From IMG/VR virus record IMGVR_UViG_3300046170_000277, positions 1 to 59,242 of that record: a DNA stretch of 59,242 nucleotides. One strand, written 5' to 3'. Every line of letters starts with the position of its first letter. Position 1 is the first letter of the stretch. The notes beneath the pieces were generated by a model. That model made no database searches and was not told the DNA's origin. It saw only the letters and a list, made by a program, of their open reading frames with translations. Of the stretch, positions 8,705-18,842 are shown piece after piece. The DNA is from a virus. Lineage: Duplodnaviria > Caudoviricetes. The position numbers and the translations under genes are program-made.

Positions 8705-9277
8705 ATGATTAATTCAATCTCTGAAATTGTAAGACACACCATCCAGCCACATGGATTTCATGCTGGAACACCCTGCAGCATGATCAGACTTGCTGACTCT
8801 CCAGGCTTTGGTGTGGTGGCAGTGGAACTGCAGGAAGTGCTGCACAATGAATGGGTGGTTCTGAAAGGAAGGGACACTGAAGCACTCACCCATCCAGATA
8901 TAGATGCAGTCATTCATCTGCTCAGAGGATGGGGCAAGCGTGTCATTCTGGAAACCAATGGAACTGTGGACTATGATCTGCGAAAGGTCATGAACTGCTG
9001 GAAAGTGCTGACACCCAAGGAACACCTGGGAACTTCTGAAGTGAAGGAGAACTGGTGGGAACGTGCCAATGAAGTCATCATCACCATCAGAGATGAACAA
9101 GACTTCAAACACTATGAAGACAGACTCTGTGAAGCACCCAATGAACAGGAAATCTGGTTGCAGCCCTTTGGAATGAATCCAGTGGAAGAATCAAAGGAAA
9201 TCATGTTCATTCTGGAAAAGTATTCCTGGTTTAAGTATCAGCCAGAAACCAGGGAAAGACAGGTGTACCCAACATGA
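8705..9277 (+). CDS. QueE-like radical SAM fold protein lacking the CxxxCxxC cluster motif
   Basis: HTIQPHGFHAGTPCSMIRL, LETNGT, W..TPK, ANEV and IWLQP follow QueE motif order; the cysteine loop is absent and GGEP is replaced by GRDTEA. Confidence 0.7.
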   Translation: MINSISEIVRHTIQPHGFHAGTPCSMIRLADSPGFGVVAVELQEVLHNEWVVLKGRDTEALTHPDIDAVIHLLRGWGKRVILETNGTVDYDLRKVMNCWKVLTPKEHLGTSEVKENWWERANEVIITIRDEQDFKHYEDRLCEAPNEQEIWLQPFGMNPVEESKEIMFILEKYSWFKYQPETRERQVYPT

Positions 9278-9861
9278 AAAATGATGTGACCTGGGTGGAC
9301 ATCCAACACGTTCAGCCCTGTGATTGGAACTATAAGCTGGAAGGCACACCAGAAGAACTGGAGAAGCTGAAGAATTCCATCAGCAAAGATGGCTCTGTGG
9401 GTGTGCTACCTGTCAGAACCATCAAAGGTAAAACCCTGGAAGTCATTGATGGAAACCACAGACTGCAAGCACTTCAAGAACTAGGCTGGACTCAGGTGCC
9501 TGTGGAAAACTTTGGATCCATTTCAAAAGCTGAAGCCATCACCATTGCCAGAAGAAGAAATGAAGAGTGGTTCCAAACCGATCCATTCAAATATGCAGAA
9601 CTACTGAAGAATGATGTGCTGACTGAATTCAGCCTGGAGGAACTGACCAACTTCATGCCAGAATCAGAAGCACAGATGAAAGCCCTGCTGGAATCACTAG
9701 ACTTCAACCTGGATGATGAAGAACCACCAGCCAGTGAAGGCAATCATCATGACACTGCCATGCGTTTCATCAGATTGGCTGTGCCAGAAAACAAGGCTGT
9801 GGAGTTTGAAGAGGATTTGAAAGACTTCCTTCAGCAACACCCTGACGTTCAAATGAAATGA
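9274..9861 (+). CDS. ParB/Srx-like N-terminal domain protein 1
   Basis: PCDWNY, LKNSISKDG and EVIDGNHRLQAL motifs. Confidence 0.85.
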   Translation: MKNDVTWVDIQHVQPCDWNYKLEGTPEELEKLKNSISKDGSVGVLPVRTIKGKTLEVIDGNHRLQALQELGWTQVPVENFGSISKAEAITIARRRNEEWFQTDPFKYAELLKNDVLTEFSLEELTNFMPESEAQMKALLESLDFNLDDEEPPASEGNHHDTAMRFIRLAVPENKAVEFEEDLKDFLQQHPDVQMK

Positions 9862-10427
9862 AAAAAGAAACACTAGCTGAATTCCTTTTGACCACCAGGA
9901 TTTTTCCCAATCCCTGGAATCCAAACAAAACCAGCACACGTGTAGATGCTGCCATTCTGGAATCTATCAGAAAGTATGGCTTCATTGATCCAATCACAGT
10001 CAGACACCATCCCACTGAACCCTTCTGCTATGAAGTCATTGATGGTGAACATAGATTGGAAGCAGCACAAACCCTGGCACTGCACCAGATTCCTGCCATT
10101 GTGCTGAATCTGAATGATGCTGATGCCAAAAGCCTGACCATTATAGCCAATGAAACACGTGGAAGGGCTGATGATATTGCTCTGGGGTTACTACTTGAAG
10201 AACTGCAGGATGAAGCTGGTGATGGTGCACTGGTGGGCCTGCCCTATTATGACCAGGAAGTGGAAGAACTGATTCAGAAAGCCCATGCCCAAAACAGTGA
10301 ACCTCTGGAAGTGGAAGCACTGCCCAGACGTGTGACTATCAAACATCCAGCCCTGGGCTTCAATGAATTCATCACTGATCTGCAGGCATGTTTGCAGAAT
10401 CACCCTGGTGCTACTCTGACCATTTGA
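9858..10427 (+). CDS. ParB/Srx-like N-terminal domain protein 2
   Basis: PNPWNPN, ESIRKYGFIDPITVR, EVIDGEHR and ANETRG motifs. Confidence 0.9.
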   Translation: MKKETLAEFLLTTRIFPNPWNPNKTSTRVDAAILESIRKYGFIDPITVRHHPTEPFCYEVIDGEHRLEAAQTLALHQIPAIVLNLNDADAKSLTIIANETRGRADDIALGLLLEELQDEAGDGALVGLPYYDQEVEELIQKAHAQNSEPLEVEALPRRVTIKHPALGFNEFITDLQACLQNHPGATLTI

Positions 10428-10431
10428 GCCT

Positions 10432-11142
10432 ATGGCAGAAACAAAAACACGTTCACGTTCAAATAGTTTGGATGATACTGCCAGGAAGAAACGCTTTGAG
10501 CAGTTGAAGAATAAGGGAAGGGTGACGCAATACGAATTTTGGGTGGAACCCTACCTGGAAGAAATCAGCACCCTGGCCAAGTTTGGATGGTCAGATAAAA
10601 GGATTGCAGAACACCTGACTGTTTCACCAAGTGCTTTCATCCAATACAAGAAAAAGCACCAAGAACTTTTTGAAGCGTTGACTGAGCACAGAACTAGGGG
10701 AATTTCTCAGATACTGAATTCTTTGGCACAACGTGCAGAAGGATACGATTACGAAGAAAAGCTGGTTCAAGCCACTAATGACCCAGGAACTCAACGGGTA
10801 ACAAGGCAGACAACCAGAATTACAAAAAAACACGTTGTTCCAGATACTGCTGCAGCTAAGATTCTGCTGGACGTTCACCCAGATGCTGACCACTTCAAAC
10901 GCTCTGATGGTTTCAGCATAAAAGAGATCAGCGAACACACCACCAGGATCTATGATTTGCGTGATGAACATGGCTGGAATGCTGCCAGAACTGCCAGGGA
11001 ATTTGAGAAGATTGGAATGAAGCTTCCAGAATCCTTGAAGATGGAAGTGAAGCATGAACTGGAAGTGCAGGGTGTTGATCAGTTACCCACTCCAGTGATC
11101 AAAATCATGATGAACGAAACTGAAGACAGGCTTGACGCTTAA
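10432..11142 (+). CDS. terS: Terminase small subunit
   Basis: HTH-like N-terminus, LAQRAEGYDYEE and KKHVVPDTAAA motifs; directly upstream of terL. Confidence 0.75.
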   Translation: MAETKTRSRSNSLDDTARKKRFEQLKNKGRVTQYEFWVEPYLEEISTLAKFGWSDKRIAEHLTVSPSAFIQYKKKHQELFEALTEHRTRGISQILNSLAQRAEGYDYEEKLVQATNDPGTQRVTRQTTRITKKHVVPDTAAAKILLDVHPDADHFKRSDGFSIKEISEHTTRIYDLRDEHGWNAARTAREFEKIGMKLPESLKMEVKHELEVQGVDQLPTPVIKIMMNETEDRLDA

Positions 11143-12410
11143 AAATTCACAAAACGTGGATGGAGCAAGGGCAGACCGTGACACGGTTATCAGACCACTG
11201 AGCCACCAGAAGAAGGCACTGCTATCGAAAAAACAGGAAATCTTCCTGGGTGGTGGTGTGGGTGCAGGCAAAACCCAAACAGGTGCCATCTGGGTGCTGC
11301 TGAAGTGCATGGAAACGCCACTGGATGTCTATGGGCTGATTGTTTCAAACACCTATTCCATGATCTATGACACCAGCCTGCGTGTGTTGTATGAGAAGCT
11401 TCAATCATCTGGGATGGTGGTCAGGCCAGCAGAAATGCCACGTGGACGTGGGCCAGCAGACATCCTGGTCTGGAATGGATCCCACTATGTGAGGAATCCT
11501 GGTCAGAAGCCTGGAACACTATGACCGATTGAGTGGGTTGGAAGTTGGGTGGATCTGGACTGATGAAGTGTGGCTGACCAAGCCAGAAGCAATTGATGTT
11601 CTGAATGCACGTTTGCGTGATACCAGGATGGAGAACAGGCAGATCCTTTTCACCACCACCTTGGATGCACCTGACACTTGGATGCACCAAAGGTTCGTGG
11701 AGAAGTTCAACCCAGAACTTCAAGATGTGATTTATGCCAGAACTGCTGACAATCCACATCTGCCAGAAAACTATGTGGAAACACTGAAAAGCACCTATTC
11801 AGAAGCCATGTTCAAAAGAATGGTGCTGAGTGAATGGGTAACGCTGGACACAGACCAAGTTTACTATGCGTTTGACAGGAAGAAGCACGTGGCACCTGTG
11901 GAGCCAGAAAACAATCTGCCACTGTTATGGGCGCATGACTTCAATCTAAGCCAGGGCAAGCCCATGAGCAGTGCAGTGATGCAGTACCACCACCAGTCTG
12001 AAACATTCACCATCATTGATGAAATCATAATTGATGGAGGAAACACCCATGATTCAGTGGATGAATTCCAGAGCAGATGGGCAGACTGGAAAGCTGGTGT
12101 GATCATCTATGGTGATGCCACTGGAAATTCCAGAGACACCAGGAGCAGAACCACTGACTTTGAAATCATGAGGCAGGCAGGATTCAGAAACCAGAAGGTG
12201 CCCAGAGCCAATCCACCTGTCAGGGAACGCCACAACTGTGTGAACGCTTTGCTGGAAGATGCCACTGGACGTGTGAGGATCCAGGTGCACCCAAGATGTA
12301 AGACCGTTATCAAAGGCTTTGAAACCACTGCACTGAAAAAAGGCTCCAGATATTTGGAAGATGACAGTAATCGCAACCAGCACGTTTTAACTGCAGTAGG
12401 TTATTGCTGA
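11132..12410 (+). CDS. terL: Terminase large subunit (one +1 frameshift near 11494)
   Basis: Walker A GGGVGAGKT, Walker B WIWTDE, nuclease motifs HDFN and IYGDATG. Removing one base gives YVRILVRSLEHYDRLSGLE. Confidence 0.9.
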
Positions 12411-12541
12411 TGGTAGTGAGAATCCCAGAAGACCACCAAGTTTAGTGCAGACAGAATTCAGATATTGATGCCCTTATAAGTGGCTGATCTTTGTGCTAGA
12501 ATATTCACATAAGCTGAACATTTATAGCATGGAGTTGGAAG

Positions 12542-13202
12542 ATGGACAAAGTCAGAAGAAACATCTGGTGGAAGTGGTACAAGCCAGTGAAGCAGGACTG
12601 TGTGGAAGAATGGCAGACGTTTGAGAATTTCCACACGTGGTACACAGCACAGGGAACAGATGGGCGAGTGACCAAGCTGGATCCCAGGAAGCCACATGGC
12701 CCTGACAACACTGAACTGGTGAAGGGCAGGAATGGGGAACAGTGCAAACGCAGGCTGGCCATCCTGGGGAACTGGAGAGTGATGCACAGAAGGGTGGCCA
12801 CCTTATGCCAGCTATGTGAAAAAAGGAATCCAGGTTTGCGAAGAATGGCAGACGTTTGAACCCTTCTACATGTGGGCATTAGACCAGGGATGGAAGAAGG
12901 GACTGCAAGTGGACAGGATTGACAACAATGGGAACTATGAACCAGGGAACTGCAGACTGGTGGATGATGTGACCAACAAGATCAATCGTGTTTCATGTCA
13001 GCAATACGCAATCATGACTTCAGATGGTGTGGTTCATCCTTCACTGTCAGCCTGCATGGAATACTTCAAAAACCGCAGTGACAGGGACATCACAGAATCC
13101 ATGAAAACAGGAAAGCATTTCTGGGACAGAAGGAACTGTGAACCTGGAATGAAACGAGGACGTGTTAAGGTTTACGCATACAGACAGGATTATCTAATTT
13201 AA
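12542..13202 (+). CDS. HNH-type endonuclease with tandem duplicated domain (+1 frameshift near 12800)
   Basis: CVEEWQTFENFHTW...KLDPRKPHGPDN followed by GIQVCEEWQTFEPFYMW...VDRIDNNGNYEPGNC. Confidence 0.75.
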
Positions 13203-13209
13203 GGCCAGC

Positions 13210-14586
13210 ATGAACCCAGACGCAAGACACCCAGAGCACCGCAACAAGCTAAATTTGTGGCTTAGATGTAGGCATATGTTCACTGGTGAAGATGCCATCA
13301 AAAAGAACGCTAGGCAGTACCAATACGTGTATAAGCCCACCAAGATGCCTGACACTGTTTTCTATGATTACGTGAGCAGAGCCAGCCTTCCTGGTGTGTT
13401 TGAATCAACTATTTATGGCAGGCTTGGGGATATATTCAGAAAGGCACCCATCATTCAAGGGCCAGATGAACTGGTGGACTGGTGTGAAGATGTGACCATC
13501 AATGGCCAGGACATGACCATGATGGCTTCCAAGGTTCTGCGTGAACTGATGATCACAGGCAGATGTGCAATGGTGCTGGATTTTGACAACCAGGAACAAC
13601 GGCACACCATCAGTTTCTATCAAGCTGAAGACATCCTGCACTGGTCTGATGTGCGTGGCCAGGAAATGGTCAGATTGAGAGAAGCGGAATACAGTGCTGA
13701 TGAGTTTTCAGAAGCTTCAGAAAGGCTGATTGACATCTACATGGAAGATGGAAGGTGTGTGGCTCAGAGACATCAGAAGATTGATGGGAAATGGCTGACA
13801 GAAGAAACTTCACCCACCAGGGCTGGTGGAAGCCTGGATTTCTTCCCTGTGGTGGTTGTGAATTCAGATGAAGTGGGGATGGCTGTGAATGAACCACCCA
13901 TGCTGAATCTGGCCAACTTACTCCTGGGATTCTTCAGAAATTCTGCAGACTATGAACAAGGGCTGCACGCCATTGGGGTGCCCACTCCAGTGGTTACTGG
14001 TTTACGTCCAGAAGAAGCACAGTTCAGCCTTGGCCCTTACACACCCATTTTAATCGAATCCCCAGACGCAAAAGCCTATTATCTGGAATTTGCTGGTGCA
14101 GGAATCACCCATCTGAAAGAGGCAATGGATGAAAAACTGCTCCAAGCCATGATGATGGGTGCAAGGCTTCTACAGCCCAGAAGACAAGTGGAATCAGCAG
14201 AAGCAGCAAAAACCAGGATGGGTGCAGAGACTTCACTGCTGAACAGCCTGACCAGGGTGGCTGAATTATCTGTGGAACTGATCTTTGAAATGTGGCTGAA
14301 ATGGAGCAACCGGAATGCTGCAGAAACAGACTACAGCTATGCTCTGAACCGTGACTTTGTGGAAGAATCCTTTGATCCAAATGTGGTCAGAGTGATCAAT
14401 GAATCAGAGATGTCTGGTGTCATTTCACCACTGACTGCTTTCAATCTGCGAAAGCGTTTTGAAATCTATGAGGATGGAACCACGTTTGAGGCTGAACAGG
14501 ATCTGATCGAAACATCATCACCCATCACTGAAAGGTTGGAACCTGCACCAACCAGGGTGGACAACCAGGAAGATGAAGCAGCCTAA
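13210..14586 (+). CDS. Portal protein (DUF4055-like)
   Basis: GEDAIK, YVSRA, PPMLNLANL, SADYEQGLH and MGARLL...ESAEA motifs; 458 aa after terL. Confidence 0.9.
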   Translation: MNPDARHPEHRNKLNLWLRCRHMFTGEDAIKKNARQYQYVYKPTKMPDTVFYDYVSRASLPGVFESTIYGRLGDIFRKAPIIQGPDELVDWCEDVTINGQDMTMMASKVLRELMITGRCAMVLDFDNQEQRHTISFYQAEDILHWSDVRGQEMVRLREAEYSADEFSEASERLIDIYMEDGRCVAQRHQKIDGKWLTEETSPTRAGGSLDFFPVVVVNSDEVGMAVNEPPMLNLANLLLGFFRNSADYEQGLHAIGVPTPVVTGLRPEEAQFSLGPYTPILIESPDAKAYYLEFAGAGITHLKEAMDEKLLQAMMMGARLLQPRRQVESAEAAKTRMGAETSLLNSLTRVAELSVELIFEMWLKWSNRNAAETDYSYALNRDFVEESFDPNVVRVINESEMSGVISPLTAFNLRKRFEIYEDGTTFEAEQDLIETSSPITERLEPAPTRVDNQEDEAA

Positions 14587-14588
14587 TC

Positions 14589-15728
14589 ATGCCACAGTGG
14601 TCTGAAACACTGGAAGATCTGATCTTCACTGAAGCAGCATCCCTGGCAACCCTGGAAAGCAGCACGCTGAAATCTGTGCTCTATCCTGTTCTGAAGGAAG
14701 CACGCCAGGAACTGCAGAACATGATTCGTGAAAGGTGGGAAGATCTAAGCATGACTGACCAGTGGCGAACCAAGGCATTCAGTGACACGTTCACCAATAT
14801 GCTGGATCAAATAGCCCTGGCACCATTGGAAGCTTCCATGACACCCATGCTGACCAATCTGGCTCTGGGAACCTATGCCCAGGCTGGTGGTGAAATTAAC
14901 CAAGTGCTGAAGGTTCAGCTATTCAGCAGCACGGCACCACCAGCATTTTTCCAAAAGGTCATGGACAGGGCTTTGATTGAAGGCCAGCCACTGTTCACCA
15001 ATCCACTGAAAGACGGTTCCCAATCCTGGTGGATGAACCTGCGAAGCAGCACCAGGGACAGAATTTCCAGGGAAGTCAGGAAATCATTGGTGCTTGGTGA
15101 ATCTACACAACAGGCCACCAGAAGGCTGATTGGCACCCACAGAAACCAGCTTCCCACAGGTGGATCCTTGGGTGTGACCAGAAGACAGGCTGAAGCTGTA
15201 GTCAGAACCAGCATCCATGCAGTCACAAACGCCACCAGAAGCCAGTTCTATGAAGACAACACTGATGTAGTCCAGGCTGTGCAGTCCCTGGCCACATTGG
15301 ACAGCAGAACCACCATTTTGTGCAGATCTTATGATGGAATGAAGTGGAAGCTTCCTGACTACATCCCAATGGGTGCACATGGGAAAACCCACATTCCACC
15401 ACCACGTCATTTCAGATGCAGATCCACCATGATGCCTGTGTTGGCTGGCCTGGATGAAATAGACAGGAAGGTGAAGGAGAAAGGGCTGAAGCTGGAAGAA
15501 AACGTCAGGGCCAGTGCAGATGGCCCACAAACCAGAAGGCTTGGCACCATGCAAGGATGGATGGCCAACCAAAGTGTAGAAAAACAGGAAGCCATGCTTG
15601 GCAAGACCAGAGCAAGGCTGTGGCGTGAAGGCAAGGTGAGTTTGCGCCAGCTAGTAGACAACCAGGGCAGAGTGTTAAAACTTGATGAACTGGAAAAGCT
15701 GGCTGGATTGCGATCATTGCCCAATTAA
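14589..15728 (+). CDS. Minor head/morphogenesis protein (SPP1 gp7 / Mu F-like)
   Basis: AEAVVRT, ATLDSRTTILCRSYDG, PPRHFRCRS and LG..RARLW motifs. Confidence 0.9.
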   Translation: MPQWSETLEDLIFTEAASLATLESSTLKSVLYPVLKEARQELQNMIRERWEDLSMTDQWRTKAFSDTFTNMLDQIALAPLEASMTPMLTNLALGTYAQAGGEINQVLKVQLFSSTAPPAFFQKVMDRALIEGQPLFTNPLKDGSQSWWMNLRSSTRDRISREVRKSLVLGESTQQATRRLIGTHRNQLPTGGSLGVTRRQAEAVVRTSIHAVTNATRSQFYEDNTDVVQAVQSLATLDSRTTILCRSYDGMKWKLPDYIPMGAHGKTHIPPPRHFRCRSTMMPVLAGLDEIDRKVKEKGLKLEENVRASADGPQTRRLGTMQGWMANQSVEKQEAMLGKTRARLWREGKVSLRQLVDNQGRVLKLDELEKLAGLRSLPN

Positions 15729-15760
15729 GGGCTATTTTTAACCAGCAAATCTGGGGTGAT

Positions 15761-16519
15761 ATGCTGAAAGCGTTTGTTCAAGACATCGAAGAAGTGGATG
15801 AAAATCTGCGTGGATTCTATACCAAAGCAGATGATGATTCTGGCTATAACCTGGAAGTGGATTTGGATTCCCAGAAGGACATGAGAAAGAAGGTCAAGGA
15901 ATTCAGAGACACCAACATTCAGATGACCAAGCAACTGCAGGAACTGAAGGAAAAGATGGAGCCTTTTGCCAATCTGGATCCAGAAGAAGTGCAGGCTGCA
16001 TTGCAGGCACAGCAGAAGGTGCAGGAAGCGGAACTGCTGCCACGTCAGGATGTGGAAAAGCACATTGCAACCAGACTGGAATCTGAAAAAGCCAAATATG
16101 AACAAGCACTGGCTGAAGCCCAGGAAGTGGCCAGCAGCAGTCAGAACAGGCTGAACCAGCTTTTGATCGAAAGAGACATCACAGAAGCCATCAACAGGAT
16201 AGGACAGCTTCAGAAGGGTGCTCTGGGTGATGTGCTAAGACGTGCCAGGATAGACATCGAAGTGAAGGATGGGAAACTTCTGGAGAAAGACACAGGGCTG
16301 AATCTGGACACAAAGGAATGGGCCATGAAGCTGATGAAAGATTCGCCATTTTTCTTTGTGCCAAACTCAGGAATCAGCACCAAGGGTTCTGGATCTGTTG
16401 ATGTAGAAACCAACCCCTGGAAGTCAGAAACCAAGAACCTGACAGAACAGGGCAAGATCTACAAAGAGGATCCAGGCAAGGCCAAAAGGCTTGCAGCAGA
16501 AGCTGGTGTGTCAATCTAA
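15761..16519 (+). CDS. Capsid scaffolding protein
   Basis: Coiled coil with EFRDTN and C-terminal NPWK...NLTEQGKIYKEDPGKAKRLAAEAG. Confidence 0.8.
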   Translation: MLKAFVQDIEEVDENLRGFYTKADDDSGYNLEVDLDSQKDMRKKVKEFRDTNIQMTKQLQELKEKMEPFANLDPEEVQAALQAQQKVQEAELLPRQDVEKHIATRLESEKAKYEQALAEAQEVASSSQNRLNQLLIERDITEAINRIGQLQKGALGDVLRRARIDIEVKDGKLLEKDTGLNLDTKEWAMKLMKDSPFFFVPNSGISTKGSGSVDVETNPWKSETKNLTEQGKIYKEDPGKAKRLAAEAGVSI

Positions 16520-16579
16520 GCAGCAGCCTGTTTGAAATCATGGGGCATTTTGTTCATTTTGTTCACCTGGAGTGTATAG

Positions 16580-16996
16580 ATGGCTTTAGTTCATATTGAC
16601 GCAATCACCACAAGATGCCCTTTTTGTGGCCTAACGAACCGCACCAAGTTCTCCACAAACGAATGGGTTTCTGCTGGCTTTGCCTACGTGGTCAAGTGTG
16701 CGAACAACTACCCACCAGACCATTCAGATCAATCACTGGTAGGACAACCCTGTGAAAACCACTATGTGGCCAGTATTGAGAAATTTAGAACCATAGCGAA
16801 AGCCTGGAAGACTGGTGTTGATTTCGATCCTTTATTTGAAGAAGACAGCATTGTCTATTTGGATCCATACCCAAGTGAACCAGAAGTGGTGAATGGCACA
16901 CAGGAACCACCAGAGGAACCTGTTGTTTCAGAGCCAGAACCAGAAGTGGATCCAGAGCCAGAAGCACCCACACCCACTGGTGGAACTCTGGCATGA
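16580..16996 (+). CDS. Zn-ribbon protein with acidic Pro-rich tail
   Basis: CPFC...C...C plus EPEPE tail; GGAG SD. Confidence 0.6.
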   Translation: MALVHIDAITTRCPFCGLTNRTKFSTNEWVSAGFAYVVKCANNYPPDHSDQSLVGQPCENHYVASIEKFRTIAKAWKTGVDFDPLFEEDSIVYLDPYPSEPEVVNGTQEPPEEPVVSEPEPEVDPEPEAPTPTGGTLA

Positions 16997-17062
16997 TTGC
17001 CTTCATCCAGACGTGGATGGTGGTTGTTTACTTTTCCCACTTCTTCTTCAACTAAGGATTTT

Positions 17063-17365
17063 ATGGCAGTTCCAGACCGTGTGAAAAGCACCATGAAAAG
17101 GCTTGGGCTGAAAGGTGTGAACAAGCCCAAAAGATCAACATCTGGGGGCAAGTCACATGTGGTGATGGCCAGCTTCAAGGAAGGTGGTTCCCAGAAGTAC
17201 AAGCTGATCAGATTTGGTCAAGCTGGTGTCAGTGGTTCCCCAAAGAAAAAGGGTGAATCCAAAGCCTATGCAGCCAGAAGAAATTCCTTCAAGAAAAGAC
17301 ATGCCAGCAACATTTCCAAGGGCCGCAAGTCAGCAGCATGGTGGGCTTCATCTGTGAAGTGGTGA
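17063..17365 (+). CDS. Small basic conserved viral protein
   Basis: KLIRFGQAG...RRNSFKKRH...SAAWWASSVKW motif. Confidence 0.75.
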   Translation: MAVPDRVKSTMKRLGLKGVNKPKRSTSGGKSHVVMASFKEGGSQKYKLIRFGQAGVSGSPKKKGESKAYAARRNSFKKRHASNISKGRKSAAWWASSVKW

Positions 17366-17541
17366 TGGAAGCTGAACCCCTGGAAGAACAGGATGATCCA
17401 CTAGACCAAAACATCAGATCCACCCAGATGCTGATGTTGCGTGATTGCGTGGCTGATCTGGTTGCTATTCTCAAAGAGCAGAATCAGAGAATCAGCACAC
17501 TTGAAAACAAACTAAGAACACTTGAAAGGGTGAAGCCATGA
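17365..17541 (+). CDS. Small coiled-coil protein
   Basis: Overlaps upstream stop and downstream start. Confidence 0.5.
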   Translation: MEAEPLEEQDDPLDQNIRSTQMLMLRDCVADLVAILKEQNQRISTLENKLRTLERVKP

Positions 17542-17708
17542 AATGGATTTGGTGGTTGATTATTATCGTTTTTCTACTATCTGGCTGCAACAGTCAGCCC
17601 TTCTGCCATTTGAATGCTACCAACCTCTACATTAAGCGTGACCCATGCAGTGATGCACCACCCACACGTGAAGAATCACGCAGAAGAAGATCCGCTCACA
17701 GGCTCTGA
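17538..17708 (+). CDS. Small predicted lipoprotein
   Basis: MKWIWWLIIIVFLLSG|C lipobox. Confidence 0.55.
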   Translation: MKWIWWLIIIVFLLSGCNSQPFCHLNATNLYIKRDPCSDAPPTREESRRRRSAHRL

Positions 17709-17710
17709 AC

Positions 17711-18032
17711 ATGAACAAAAAAAGGCTTATGTCTATCGTCACCATCGTTGTGTTGGCTGGAATTTTCACCACTCTTTTCCTGGGGTATAGTGGCTACTGA
17801 AAACGTGTTTGACCTGGATAATAAACCCCTAGTTTGGGGGCAACAAATCAAGATCCTTTCAGATATTTGGATGGATGCAAGGGCCAAGGGTATTCTGTGC
17901 CAGGAATGGCAGAACAACCATCAGAAGTTTCGTGGTGTGGTAGGTGTTCCCAACCACCCAGATGACAAGCTAGTCAGAGAAGATAGCAGCAAGCTGATGA
18001 GTCCTTGGAATTTCAAGTGGATCCACAAGTGA
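17711..18032 (+). CDS. Membrane-anchored protein (probable +1 frameshift at GGGG 17782-17785)
   Basis: MNKKRLMSIVTIVVLAGIFTTLFLG joins IVATENVFDL... if one G is removed. Confidence 0.45.
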
Positions 18033-18147
18033 AGGCTCCAAAGAATTCCAGACGTGATCAGTTTGATGATTTTTTTGGAAAGTTCATGCTGATCACATCC
18101 CTGGCTGCAGTCTTCCTGGGAATGCTGTTGTTGCTGATGGGTGAAGT

Positions 18148-18324
18148 ATGAAGGCAATGGCTCTGTGGATCCTTCTGGCTTTCCTGGTGGGCTGTTCTTC
18201 CTGGGCTTCCTGTGGCACCACCAGAAACACCTTCCTGGGCTTCACGTGGCATTCTAAGAACTCAGTTATGTGCAAGGAAAGACCAAACAGATCAACACCA
18301 GCAGTGGGCTGGAATCATGAATGA
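18148..18324 (+). CDS. Small predicted lipoprotein
   Basis: MKAMALWILLAFLVG|C lipobox. Confidence 0.55.
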   Translation: MKAMALWILLAFLVGCSSWASCGTTRNTFLGFTWHSKNSVMCKERPNRSTPAVGWNHE

Positions 18325-18393
18325 TCATAAATTCATGTTCTGGTTTGTACTGGTCTGGATGTTTGGGGTGTGCTTCCTGGTGTGGTTGTTCAA

Positions 18394-18654
18394 CTAATTG
18401 CGTTTAATGGCACGATTGAAGTCTGTGCTTTTCAGCCTGCCTGCTTCTGTGGAATCTGACAGGTAAACAGCCTGTTCCAGCTTGGTGATGATCTTGGTCA
18501 GCTTGCTGACACTTTCAGCATCATCTTTTTCCAGTTCCAGCTTCATCATTCTAAGCTTCAAAATCTGTGATCTGATGGTCTGATTTGCTTTCAGAATATC
18601 TGAACGCTCTGGTGGGTTCTTCAGCATAGCAAATTCAGTTGGCTTTGGATTCAT
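18394..18654 (-). CDS. Hypothetical coiled-coil protein
   Basis: Overlap-coupled to the DUF1289-like gene. Confidence 0.55.
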   Translation of the reverse strand: MNPKPTEFAMLKNPPERSDILKANQTIRSQILKLRMMKLELEKDDAESVSKLTKIITKLEQAVYLSDSTEAGRLKSTDFNRAIKRN

Positions 18655-18839
18655 GGTCTTCCTGGTGTGGGTGAAGCTGGATCCACTGCACGATCCAGCA
18701 AGGTCTTCATGATCTGCTTCCGTTGAACTTCAGAGAAGTCACGCCAGCCCTTGATTTCCTCCAGGGAACGTTTGCAGATTCTGCAGTGGGTTTTGGATTC
18801 ATTCAGTTGGCAGTGTGCTGTACATGGGGAAGACTTCAT
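18651..18839 (-). CDS. DUF1289-like Cys-rich protein
   Basis: SPCTAHC...CRICKRSLEEIKGW motif. Confidence 0.8.
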   Translation of the reverse strand: MKSSPCTAHCQLNESKTHCRICKRSLEEIKGWRDFSEVQRKQIMKTLLDRAVDPASPTPGRP

Positions 18840-18842
18840 GAC

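Noticed and set aside
11491-11530. Programmed frameshift or intron in terL
   Set aside because: No slippery heptamer or intervening sequence; one extra base explains it, as at six other sites.
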